A DNA stretch of 64,000 bases. It comes from Raillietiella orientalis (taxonomy: Eukaryota). Numbering within the stretch: the first letter of the stretch is position 1; each line of letters starts with the position of its first letter. Below the pieces are notes generated by a model, which worked only from the letters and a program-made list of their open reading frames with translations, searched no databases and was not told the DNA's origin. This document shows, piece by piece, positions 26,861-38,167 of the stretch. The stretch spans positions 62,001 through 126,000 of the forward strand of contig JAYWIR010000092.1 of assembly GCA_036172245.1 (NCBI GenBank), read 5' to 3'. The position numbers were made by a program, and so were the translations under genes.

Positions 26861-28325
26861 AAACACCAGTGAACGAAAAGCAGCACGGCTTGTTTCCAAG
26901 CAAGGGGGAGCAGCGAACTGTCAAAACACTGTAAAGGGACTACAAGTTATTCGGGGGTGACAGCAAGTTCTTCTGGCCACCGGAGGAGTCCCTTTGAAGT
27001 ACTACGAGGAGTGGCAACGTCCGCCAACTCACTCGTCTTCCAGGCGCCAAGGAGTTTGGTTTTTCCCGCTATCCTGCAGGAAACCTCCCACCTCGCCGGT
27101 TGGCAACTGTCGTTTCTTGCACTGAGGGCAGACAGCGCTACGGCAAGAGGCGTGGCAGCCAGGGTAGAAAACTTCACCTCGTCCTGCAGTACTTCCTCCA
27201 AGGATCGTGGAAAAAATTGGCGCAGGGAACGAAGATCTTCAGGGCGTATTCCTTGGAACGCCGCTCAGGATTCAACAGACTCCTGCTGTCAAGCTTCAAA
27301 GTTCATTGGACGGCAGAAAATCCAAGAGTGAACTTCCAGAAGTGCGGTCAACTGCCGCAATGGAAACCCGAAACCCCGCTTCCTGTATTGAGTGCCCGGC
27401 AAAAGCGAGAGAAATCCTCCGCTGCCGGCGCATCTCCGCAGGAGAATGCGGGCTGGCACACACAGGGGGGATGTCCATAGCTGGGCACACAGTGCCAGCA
27501 GTCGGGACTGCAACTGCAGTCCGATTCGCTCCATTGTCAGGATACCCAAACCAGCATCCCAACGCGGAGCTACCAAATCTTTAAGGCGGATCCTGGATCT
27601 CGCCGGACCCCAGAAAGCGCTCCTGAGCAGGCGTTTAGCCCGCTGTTTTGCCCCCTAGGAGGGGTTCAAAACAAAAAACAGGGGACGGAGGAGGGGGGCA
27701 ACAAAGGTGCTTCAAATAGTCCTCCGTTCCTGCAAGGTAAACTTGCCGTTGATGAACTGGCTGACGGCCAACTCTGCTTTCTGAAGGCAGTCCTACCACG
27801 CTATGGCTGCGCCGAGAGCGGCCAACGGAACGCCAAGGTACTTAAAGTACTCGCCCGTGAAGATCCCCAGGCGGATCCAGTCTGACTGCCCCTCCCACGA
27901 CGCACCCTCTGGAACGATTACGCTCTTCTCTCTGTTCACGCTCACGCCCGCTCATCGACGAACCAGGTCGAAGGAATCTTCAACACTGGACGCCGGGGAG
28001 GACATGGGGTGCAGAAGAAGCAGGTAATCAGAGTAGACGGCCACGGCAGGCGTTCCCGGGCAGGAGCATAGCAAGTGACACAGCGCCAGCCTGTAAGCTC
28101 TAAGCACCAACTCAAAGAAGATGCTAAAGAGTAACGGGCTTAAGCTATCACCTTGCCGAATGCCCCTGCGCACGGCAATACCGTACACGCGGAAGCCGCT
28201 GGAAGTAATACACGTAAGCTCGTGGAGCCAGCAAAAGCGCAAGTAAAGCAGGAGATGCGCTGGAAATCTAAGGCGTTTTAGAAGCTCTAAGAGAAGCCCC
28301 TGGTTTACACAGTCAAGCGTCTTGT
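26860..28325 (-). pseudogene. Family A ORF2 RT/thumb fragment, broken at KAFD
   Basis: Close nucleotide match to 35880-37335. On the minus strand it begins KTLDCVNQGLLLEL; contains RGIRQGDSLSP and YSDY (decayed YADD). Confidence 0.92.
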
Positions 28326-28497
28326 TTTTTTGTATTTACCCCTTCACCCTGCTGCCTTGGTGGACCGTACCGGTCTGCGAACCGGTGACCCGGCAGGCTC
28401 TGTGTTTCTTGGTGCGTGGCTGGAGCAATGAACCAGCAAATGCAGGTATTTGTAAATGCTTATTTTAGAACAAACGCGCCGGCGAAATCCGGGTAAA
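28326..28497 (+). mobile_element. Family C 3'-UTR-only copy (about 170 bp)
   Basis: Similar to 51345-51522, with both hairpins (28369-28386 and 28479-28492). Confidence 0.85.
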
Positions 28498-28607
28498 AAT
28501 CGAACGCCTTGTGTGCTCCAGGGTGGACGTGTTTTCTCGGTGCTCCTCGTGCCAGGAAGTCTCCCCCAGTGCGAGCGTCGTGTGGTTCGGTGATCGATCA
28601 GGCAGCA

Positions 28608-29868
28608 ATGCCTGACGCGACCACCAGGGATGGACAGGGGGCAGCGAAAGCGCCACCTCCAGAGGCGAAGGAGGTGGGGGCATCCGCCCCAACAGAATCG
28701 ATCACCGCTGCAGCGCGGGCGTGAAGCGCCGTCGTGTCGGCGCTATCGCCTCCAGCCGCGGCGGAATTATCGGCCTATGTAGAAGAGGGGTACCACCCCT
28801 TATTGTTCTACAAGGTAGGCAATCTTTATTCTTTAGAGAGTGCGCGCGCCTTTTCGAAGGGCATGCGCGCTCTCGATGTGAAAGAGGAGGAGCTCAGAGT
28901 TATGACCATCCGCAGCGGGGTCAGTACGTAGAGGTCATCTGCAAACAAGCAGAGCTGGCGCAACGACTGCTTGAAACTTTCGTTGTGATGGATACGCGCA
29001 GGCTCCTCCCCACTACGGCAAACCGCAGCATGGTGGTCCGCCTGTAAAGTGTTACCGCGCGGAAGCGCAAGGAACAGTTACGCGCCGCGTTGGGAAAAGA
29101 TGGCACGGTCCATGCAGTATGGAACAAGCCTAGTCCTCTCGAGCACTATACCACAGTTTAGTGCGGCCTCACGGCTGCCCGTGTAACCGTTCGAGAGGGC
29201 TTTACCCTTCCCCACAAACTGGTGGTCAGCGGAGAAAGCGTCGACCTCTGGTACGTGGAGAAGCCCAAATACTGTGGCTTCTGCAACACGTGGGGACACC
29301 TCGAAAGGAGGTGCCCCAACGTACACTGCCTGGTATGCGGGACAATGGGCCACACGAGGGAAGTGTGTCCACAATCCGCTGTGCGCGTGGTTTCTGCGAG
29401 GAACCTGAAAAAACGCGCGCGGCTGCTACAGAAAAGGCTGGCGGCGAAGGCTGCCGCTCGAGCTGTGCCACCCACTCCCGTGGTCCAGGCCTCAGCCGAC
29501 ACCCCGGAAACGAATGCCGAAAAGATCGACAAAAGCGGTCAGGTGTCGAAATGGCAAAAAGCCACAGCGAAAAAGGAAAAAAAGTCGAAGAAAGAACGAC
29601 CAATTGAAAAAAAGCTCACCTACCAAAATAAAAAACAGCAGGTTAGCGAGAATTTAAAAGAATGCAGCGTCGTCGTGAAACGCGTCCCCGCCGAACGCCG
29701 CAAGGTACAAATCGCTGCTACCGATGAGCAACCCACTATTAAAAATGTCAACAGCGTGGAAAGCGAACTGGCGGAAGCGTCCGTCATCGAGACCGTGATC
29801 GATGATGCCGCCGTCGAGCTTGCGGCGGAGGAGCTGGCTGCATCGTTGCAGCCAGAACCCTCCAAGGC
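28608..29868 (+). pseudogene. C ORF1, 5' part (zinc-knuckle nucleic acid-binding protein)
   Basis: CGFCNTWGHLERRC and CLVCGTMGHTREVC knuckles; frameshifts upstream. Confidence 0.88.
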
Positions 29869-29960
29869 CAGTTGGAGGACGTGTTTTCCCTTCACTCCTC
29901 AAAGAGTAGTAGGAAAGCGCTTTCTTGTGGGTGGTGTTTTGTGTACATCGTCGGTGTCCA

Positions 29961-31708
29961 ATGGCCACGACGCCAGAGGACACCGCGATGGAGGTGGGAG
30001 TGGGAAAGGCTAGTTCGCCCCCACAGCCTACTGGAGCAGGGGCAGCCGCCCCGGAATCATCCCCGCCCACGCCGAGGACATGGAGCGCCATGGTGGCCGC
30101 GCCCAGCGCAGAAGCCATGGCGGAGATGGCCCCATACAAGGCCTCCGGGTACAAGTCATCGCTTGTCTACCAGGTAGGCAACTTGTTCGACGGCCGGACA
30201 GCGCGCGCCTTCAGCAAAGCGTTGATGGACGCGAATGTCACTGAGAAGGATCTGGACAGCCTCTCCGTCCTCAGCGGCGAGCAGCGGGTCGAGGTGGTCT
30301 GCAAAGATGTCACCTTGGCTCACCGCCTAATCCATGCGCCGCTGAACGTAGACGGCCGAAAGATCCTGCCAGTATCAATGGACCGCTGCGTGGTGGTCCA
30401 CATGACTGGCATCACCAGCCGCATGACGCGGTCAGCGGTTGCTAAAGAACTGCGAAAGTACGGTGAGGTGCAAGCACTGTGGCCGAAACCCTCCATTTTC
30501 GACGGCTTCGATAGCCTTTTTGGTGGGCAGGCTGCAGCGCGGGTCAACGTAAGGGAGAATTGTGGGCTTCCCCACAAACTACAGGTGCCGCAAGAAAACG
30601 TCGACCTGTGGTATGTAGGGAAGCCCCGGTATTGCGGGCATTGTGATACCGTGGGACACCTACGTAAAAGGTGTCACAATATACAATGCATTTGTGCGGG
30701 GAGCGGGGCCACGTTTGGCGCGTGTGCCCCAAACGCCCCACCGCGGTTCCCCCTGCCGCGAAAAAAGCTCAGGGGAAACGCGCTTCAAAGGTCTCTAGAC
30801 CTAAAGTGGAAAAGGGCCAGCACAAGCTGCCAACACCTCAACCTCCGGCGCGTAACCCGGAGGATAAACCTTCTGAACCGGTGGAAGGCGAAGAGGGATG
30901 GCAGCTTGTAGAGGCCAGAAAGCCAGAGAAACTCCCACCCGCGGAGAGCAAAGAGCGCAAGACGGCCGGTAAGCCGCAAAAACCCGGTCCGCGCTCGAAA
31001 ACTCTGCGCGAGTGCACGGTGGCACTGGAACGAATCGTCGTTCCCGAGGTTGCCACCCGGAGCGACGATCCTACCCTTGCCGCTTCCTCTACGCCCGATG
31101 CTCGCGACGGCGAACCCTCTGTTTATACAGAGGGTGAGCCTCGCGACATAGCGGCGTTCGAAGCCGCGGACGCCGCGTTCGCGCAGGCGGCGGAGGAGCT
31201 CGCGGTCACGCTGGCCGAGCGTGAGAACCCCTCGCGCAAGGCCGTGCGAAGGCCGGCTCCAACGAATAAGGCCCCCACAGGAGAGTTAGACCTGGGAGCC
31301 GGAAGTACATCCTCCTCCTCGGAGGCACCCCCTAGGAAGTCGGGACGCAAGTCCCAGAAGCCCAGGATGCGCCTCCCCTCCACCAGCGAGGAGAAGACGG
31401 AAGCCGTCGCCAGCGTGGGAAATTCGGAGGAGGAATTCCCACGCTCGGAAGCTGTCGATCCGGCCACCCCCATGGAGGAGGGTGAACAGGGGGGTGAAGT
31501 CCCCCCTGCAGGCGCCGACCCTGAACAGCCCGCCCCCATGGAGGAGGGCGAACAGGTAGGCGCGACTCCACCTACGGGTGATCCGGCCGACGCGCCGGCA
31601 CCGATGTAGGAGGGGGACCAGGTGCCTTCAGCACCTGACCCCCCTCCTCCACCTAGCGTCCCGCCCCAGCAGGTGGCGGACGCCGCACTGCCATCTTCCC
31701 AGGAGTAA
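29961..31708 (+). pseudogene. B ORF1
   Basis: MATTPEDT...WYVGKPRYCGHCDTVGHLRKRC; frameshift in the second knuckle (about 30690); stop at 31607-31609. Confidence 0.88.
31465..31640 (+). repeat. Three imperfect repeats of about 66 bp in B ORF1
   Basis: PMEEGEQGGEVPP / PMEEGEQVGATPP / PM*EGDQVPSAP. Confidence 0.8.
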
Positions 31709-32176
31709 CACCTGGGCTCGCCAGTCGCCGTCGGATTCGCTCGGCCTGTTGGAATGTCAACGGGCTGCGCGACGATGGTAACAGGCGAGATTCAGCCGAC
31801 ACCCTGCGGGAGTTCGACCTGGCCCTGTTGCAGGAGATCCACGTGATCACCGCGGCAGACGTTCAGGAGATCGAGACGATCGCGGGGGGTCGGCTGTACT
31901 GGCAATGCGGCATCCGCAACACCTGTGGGGTCGCGTTCTTCATGAAGCCTGCCATCGACGCTGAGGTGAAGGGCGTGCGCTTCGATGACGACGGTCGGGT
32001 CGGTCAGCTGACTCTCGGCTGGTCCGACTCGATCGATTTGATCGTCACGAATGTGTACGCCCCAACCGGTCAAAAGGGATACAGCAACCGTATCAGGCTG
32101 CTTGACTCCCTAAAGCGCGACTGGCTGGCGAACACGAGCGTGCGGAAGGCTCACCTGATAGCGGGAGATTTCAATC
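31708..32176 (+). pseudogene. B ORF2 endonuclease N-half, cut at GDFN
   Basis: CWNVNGL, LLQEIH, VTNVYAP, HLIAGDFN; continues at 44009 as LRLLTGE...IDHVF...SDH. Confidence 0.92.
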
Positions 32177-32254
32177 GAGTGCGGACGTGCTTTTCTTCGC
32201 TCTCGTCTCCGTGCTTTCATCCGCTTCATCTTGGCGTCGTACATTTTGACGACG

Positions 32255-34176
32255 ATGTCGACCCAACTTGAAGCTACTGAAGTTGGAGGAACAGCATCCG
32301 GATCTGCAATCGCGGAACCGACGGCCGCCTCCACTTCGTATTTCTCGCCAATGGAGAGGAGTTTTGCTGACGTTGCTGCCACAGCAGCCGTCAAAGGGAA
32401 ACCACTCGACGAGTCGGAGTTGCAGGCATACGTAGCCCAAGGCTATAGACCTGCTCCCCGATATAAGGTGAGTGGTTTTCTTTCTGCGCGCGACGGGAAT
32501 CAGTTCAACGATGAACTGACCCGTGTTGGCGTGCGGGAGGAGGACCTTCTCGCCATTATGCCCGTAAAAGACATGGGCTATTTCAAGGTGCGTTGCAAAG
32601 ACGCTGCACTTGTGCAACGCTTGCTGCGCACCCCGTTGTCGATCCGTGGCCAGAAGGTCTTCCCGGCCGACATGGACGACTCATTTGTGGTGGAGATTTT
32701 CGACATCGAGGCGGAAATCTCCGATACTGATATTCGGAACGCGTTGGCGAAATTCGCCACGGTCCATGCGCTGTATAGGGTGCGTAGCAACCTCAAGGAC
32801 TTCCCGTCCATACACAGCGGAGTCGCTGGAGTCCGGCTTACAATGCCGGACCGCCGGCTGCTGCCTACCAAACTACAGGTGAATGACACGGTCGTTCACC
32901 TGTGGTTCGTGGGCAAAGTAAAAACGTGCGAGCAATGCGGGAAGGAGGTGCATTGTTTGGATAAATGCCCCTCTGGAAAATGCAATTATTGCAAACTATC
33001 CGGGCACCAATTGAAAAATTGCCCGGATCTTTTGCGAAAAAAGGCAGCCGCGGAGCTCCATTTTAAAAAACAAAGCGCGGATAAAAAGAAAAAATCTGCG
33101 AAAAACCTGGAGACCCCACGGCAGAAATTCGGTAAAAACGCGAGGCGGAATGTCGCCCCAAAGCAGCAGGAAACCTCGCACGCGAAGCCCTGCGCACCCC
33201 CTCTCGCGGCAGGGGAGCAGCAAAAGAAAGGGTGCGGGGAATCCGGGGCAATGGCAAGTCCCCCTAGGCGCAATAGCTGTCCTTCCCAAGCTCGCCCGGC
33301 TCTCTCGGAGTTCGAGCAACCGGCGGGGACGTCAATGGACAACAGCGGTAAGGACACTTCCAGTACCGTCAGATCCATTCCTTCACCTCCTGCAGTGGCT
33401 GAGAAGCCCAAATCGGGTAAGAAGGGTTGTGCCGTGTCGACTTCGAAAGTCGGCAAAAAAAATCCGCGTCGCGATCCAACACCGCGAAAGCGGAGAAAAA
33501 TCTCACGCCGTCGCAGTCGGAGAGCAAGCTCTCGACTGGCGCGGATGCCATGCCAACGAAAGGATTAAAAGCCCTTCCGAAAGCAGCGTCCATGACGAGC
33601 GTGTCGGAGCCATCGAAACTGCTCCCGTCCAAAGACGCGGATGGCTTCAAAGATGGCCATGGAGCACAATCTCCATTTACGGCGACACGCAAAGTGAGGA
33701 ACCGTAATGAAGTAAAGAAGACTTCAGCACAGGTCCCTCGTGCAACTGCGCGTGAGCACGCTGAAAACGCGCGCGCCGGGAAAGCAGCCGTCACCAAAAG
33801 CGATGCTCTGGTGACGGAAAACGAAAACAGGACAGCTGTCAATCCAGCAGAACCTGTCACTGCTTCGCGGAAGGCCGAAATCCGATCGAACATGCGCCGG
33901 TCGGACTCCGAAATGGATGCCGTTCCGATCACCGAGACGAGGACAACTCGTTCGAAAGCGTGTGCGCGCCGATCAAAAGTAGGCAGCCAGGCAACGCTCG
34001 CCGCGAAGCAACGCGAAGTCTCCACGAAACCCGACGGGGTTCAGCCTGGCGTGGAGGCATTACATGCATGCAGCACGACAGAGGAAGGTGGCGACCGTCC
34101 CCTCCAGCCAGTCGTGCTGCTCGCCGTCTGCTCGCCGGATAAAGCGAGCAAAAAGCCGCCACCTTCCCAGCAGTAA
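32255..34176 (+). pseudogene. A1 ORF1 (zinc knuckles plus long low-complexity tail); one -1 frame break near 33460
   Basis: CEQCGKEVHCLDKC and CNYCKLSGHQLKNC; TAA at 34174-34176 overlaps the ORF2 ATG. Confidence 0.9.
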
Positions 34177-37100
34177 TGCGGGGAATCGCGTCTTCTCGTC
34201 GTCTGTCCGTAACGTGTTGGAACGTGAACGGACTGCAGAACGACGAGAAGAGGCGATTAGTAGCCAACGCCCTGCGCCCTTTCGACCTCGCGCTCCTGCA
34301 GGAGATTCACGTAATCTCCGACGAGCAGGCAGCCGAAATCGAGGAGCGCGCAGGCGGAACGCTACATTGGCGGTGCGGCGGCGCACACACGTGCGGTGTC
34401 GCGTTCCTCGTGAAAGGAAAAATGGCGGAAGCGGTGCGTAGTGTTCGTTTCGATGACGACGGACGGATAGGCCAGCTTGTCATCAAGTGGTCCGAGTCCA
34501 TCGATCTCGTCGTTACGAACGTCCACGCGCCGAGTGGCTCTCGCTTCCTCGAAGAAAGAGTAGCTTTCTTTGGTGAGGTGCAGAGCCACTGGCTCAACAA
34601 CTCCGGTTTCCAAGTGGCGCACCTCGTCGCTGGGGACTTCAACGGCCGCCTGCTCTGCGACGATTGGAGCCGCCCGAGGGAGCGCGCGCTGCCCATCGAG
34701 ATGTGCGCGTCCGTACACGCCGCCAACTTGATGGTCAGCGAACCTGGAATGGAAAGATCGCTCGATTACGTTTTCCTCGATGAAAACCTGCATTCGCGTG
34801 TGGGTAGGAGAGCAAGATTGTTGACTAGGCTTTCTGACCACCACAGGTTGGAGTTTGAGATCCTTCCGCCAGGCAGGGGGCCTCCGTTGCAAAACTAAAG
34901 GATGCAGGCGGATTGGCTTAGCCAACCAGGGGCTGCGGAGCATCTACGTGGATACCTCCGAGGCTTTGCCATTCAAGAACTTGCGGACTGGGACGATCTC
35001 AAAAGATCTGTCCTCGAGTTCTGCTGCCAATTCCCCTTGCACAGGCTTCCACGCGGTTTCGGAGAGGGCGTGGCCAACAGTAGAGACTTTCTGCAGGCCC
35101 GCACGTTTTCGAGACGCGCGGATGTCGGGCGTCTCGCAGAGTACAAGGCGAGGGCCGAGCGCCAGGTCTGGCAGTCCGGAGCAGCATGCCTGTTGGACGA
35201 CAAAGGCCAGGAATGTTCGGCCCCAGCCGAAGTACGCCGCATTGTGAGACGCTACTACTCCTCGCTGTACGCGGAATCCCCGACGGAGGATATTCTTTCT
35301 GAGATACTCCTGTCTCAGGATGCTCGTGTTGTCGGCGAGGAGGAACGCGAACGTCTCGACGAGCCCTTCACGGCGGATGAATTTTCGTCCGCCATCGCTG
35401 GGCTGAAGAGACGAAAGGCGCCAGGCGAGGATGGGCTCCCTGCAGAGTTTTATCAGTGCTTTGCAGTGGAGCTCATTCCTTTGATGCTGAAACTCGCGAC
35501 GCTGATGAGTGAATACGGAAATGTCCCTGATTCCTTCCGCTCAGCGAAGGTGCGTCTCCTGCCGAAAGGCGGAGACTTGCGTTAACTTGACAACTGGCGT
35601 CCGATCACCTTGGTGAACTCGGACGTCAAGTTGTTTTCCAAGCTGTGGGTCGCGCGGTTAGGAAGTATCGCGGAATCTGTGGTGAGCCGGGAACAAAACT
35701 ACGCGGTTCCGGGACGATCCATGGAGGCGAACATCCTTTTCGCGCTTACATGGATGCAGATGCAGGAAGTTGTGGCGCAGCAAAGCCAGGCTGCTGCGAA
35801 AGTCACTGCCGCAGGCAAGAAGAACAGGCGCCGACGGCAGGAGGGAACGCCAGGTGCCTTGCGGTCGCGGTCGATCTCCACAAGGCGTTCGACTGCGTAA
35901 ACCAGAAGCTCCTTTTGGAGCTTATGGAACGCCTTGGGTTCCCGGCGCAACTCCTGCTGTATTTGCGCGCGTGCTGGCGCCACGCGCTAACCTGCATTAC
36001 TTTCAGCGGCTGCCGCGTGTATGGTATTCCCGTTCGTAGGGGCATCCGACAGGGCGACAGCTTAAGCCCGTTGCTCTTCAGCATCTTCTTTGAGTTGGTG
36101 CTAAGAGCATACAGGCTGACGCTGTCTCACTTGCCAAGCTGCTGCCCGGGAACGTCTGCCGTGGCCGCCTACGCTGATGACCTGCTTCTTCTGCTCCCCA
36201 TGTCCACCCCGGCGTCCAGTGTCGAGGATTTCTTCGACCTGATTCGTCGGGGAGCGGGCATGAGCGTGAACAGAGAGAAGAGCGTGGTCGTTCCTGTGGG
36301 TACGTGGTGGGAGGGGCAGTCCGACTGGATCCCCCTGGGGATACCCACGGGCGGGTACTTTAAGTACCTTGGCGTTCCGTTGGGCGCTTTCGGCGCAGCC
36401 GAAGCGTGGGCGGACTGTCTTCAGAAAGCAGAGTTGGCCATCAGCCCGTTCTTTAACGGCAAGTTTACCTTGCAGGAACGGGCGACTATTTGGAACACCT
36501 TTGTGGCCTCCCTCCTCCGTCCCCTGTTTTTTGTTTTGGACCCCCCGTATGCGGCTAAACAGCGGGCTAAACGCCTGCTCAGGAACGCTCTCTGGGGTCC
36601 GGCGAGATCCAGAATCCGCCTCAAAGATTTGTTTGCTCCGCGTCGGGATGCTGGTTTAGGTATCTTAGCAATGGAGCGAATCGGACTGCAGGTGCAGTTC
36701 CGACTGCTGGCACTGTGTGCCCAGCTATGGACATCCACCCTGTGTGTGCCAGCTCGCATTCTCCTGCGGAGATGCGTCGGCAGCGGAGGATTTCTCTCGC
36801 TTTTGCCGGGCACTCAATACAGAAAGCGGGGTTTCGGGTTTCCATTGCGGCATTTGACCGCACTTCTGGAAGCACACTCTTGGATCTCCTGCCGCCCAAT
36901 GAACTTTGAAGCTTGGCGGCAGGAGTCTGTTGAATCCTGGGCGGCCTTCCAAGGAATACGCCCTCAAGATCTTCGCCCCCTGCGCCAATTTTTTCCACGA
37001 TCCTTGGAAGAAGTACTGCAGGACGAGGTGAAGTTTTCTACCCTGGCTGCCACGCCTCTTGCCGCAGCGCTGTCTGCCCTCAGGGCAAGAAACGACAGTT

Positions 37101-37768
37101 ACCAACCGGCGAGGTGGGAGGTTTCCTGCACGATAGCAGGAAGAACCAAACTCCTTGGCACCTGGAAGACAAGTGAGTTGGCGGACGCCGCCACTCCTCG
37201 TGTTACTGCAAAGGGACTCCTCCGGTGGGCAGAAGAACTTGCTGTCACCCCCGAAGAACTTGTAGTCCCTCCACAGTGTATGGACAGTTCGCTGCTCCCC
37301 CTTGCTGGAAAACAAGCCGTGCTGCTTTTCGTTCACTGGGGTTTTCAGTGCAACGAGCGTTGGCATCGTGACTCCGGGGGACTTGCGTCTGCGAACTGCG
37401 TTCGGTGCGGATCGACGGAGTCGATTCCGCTCCTACTTCTGGACTGCGGTGTCCTACAAGGACTGTGGCGTAGGCTGGCAACAGCACTATTGCATCCCGT
37501 GGACACCGCAAGAGACTTGCTGCGACGATTCTTCACGCCGAGCGGGCTTTCAGTAAGCGCAAGGATTGCAACCATCGGTTGCATACGCGCGATAGTTTCC
37601 GTCCGCCAGGCGTTGGTAATCAACGGACAGTACCAAGAGGTAATCAGCAAAGCATCCTTCTACATGGGAGCATCCGCTAGATGGCCTCATTTGACAGAGG
37701 AGACAAAGAGGAATCTCGCCGCAATACACCGCCGGTTTACACACCCTCATCAGCGGCCAACCCGGTGA
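34176..37768 (+). pseudogene. A1 ORF2: APE endonuclease, RT, CCHC finger (about 1197 codons; two stops, one frameshift)
   Basis: WNVNG, LQEIH, GDFN, DYVF, SDH; PGEDG, WRPITL, DLHKAFD, GIRQGDSLSP, YADD, KYLG; CVRCGSTES. Confidence 0.95.
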
Positions 37769-38167
37769 TCATTGCCCTACCCTCCATAAACTAAATTTGT
37801 ATTTTCTTTTACACCCGCGTCCCCATAGGCTCCGGAACATTTGAGGTGCTCATCGTTTAAATCCCCGTGAGTACGGAGCCTAACCAAAAACCCTTTTCCC
37901 TTCCCTCCAGTTTTTGATTTTTGTTTGTTTCCCCTCATTCCCCCCACGCTGCGAGCGGTTTGTTTACCAGGCCTGCGTGGCGGTAATTTTTCTATGTTCT
38001 CTGTCGTTCTGTTGGTTGGGGACATTGTCCCTGACCAGTTTATTATTATTAATAAACGCCCCGGCGTGACCGGGTGATAAATTTCAATCGAGTGCGGACG
38101 TGTTTTTCTTCGCTCTCGTCTCCGTGCTTTCATCCGCTTCATCTTGGCGTCGTGCATTTTGACGACG

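Larger units (their letters stand above)
32177..38080 (+). mobile_element. Family A copy A1 (5904 bp)
   Basis: Flanked by ATTTCAATC at 32168-32176 and 38081-38089; complete ORF1-ORF2-3' UTR layout. Confidence 0.95.

Noticed and set aside
29869..32260. HDV-like ribozyme at the element 5' ends
   Set aside because: The 5' UTRs are only about 80-95 nt and I could not identify the nested double pseudoknot by eye.
34176..37768. A1 as an active autonomous element
   Set aside because: Stops at 34896 and 35583, a frameshift near 35860 and loss of the CCHC histidine.
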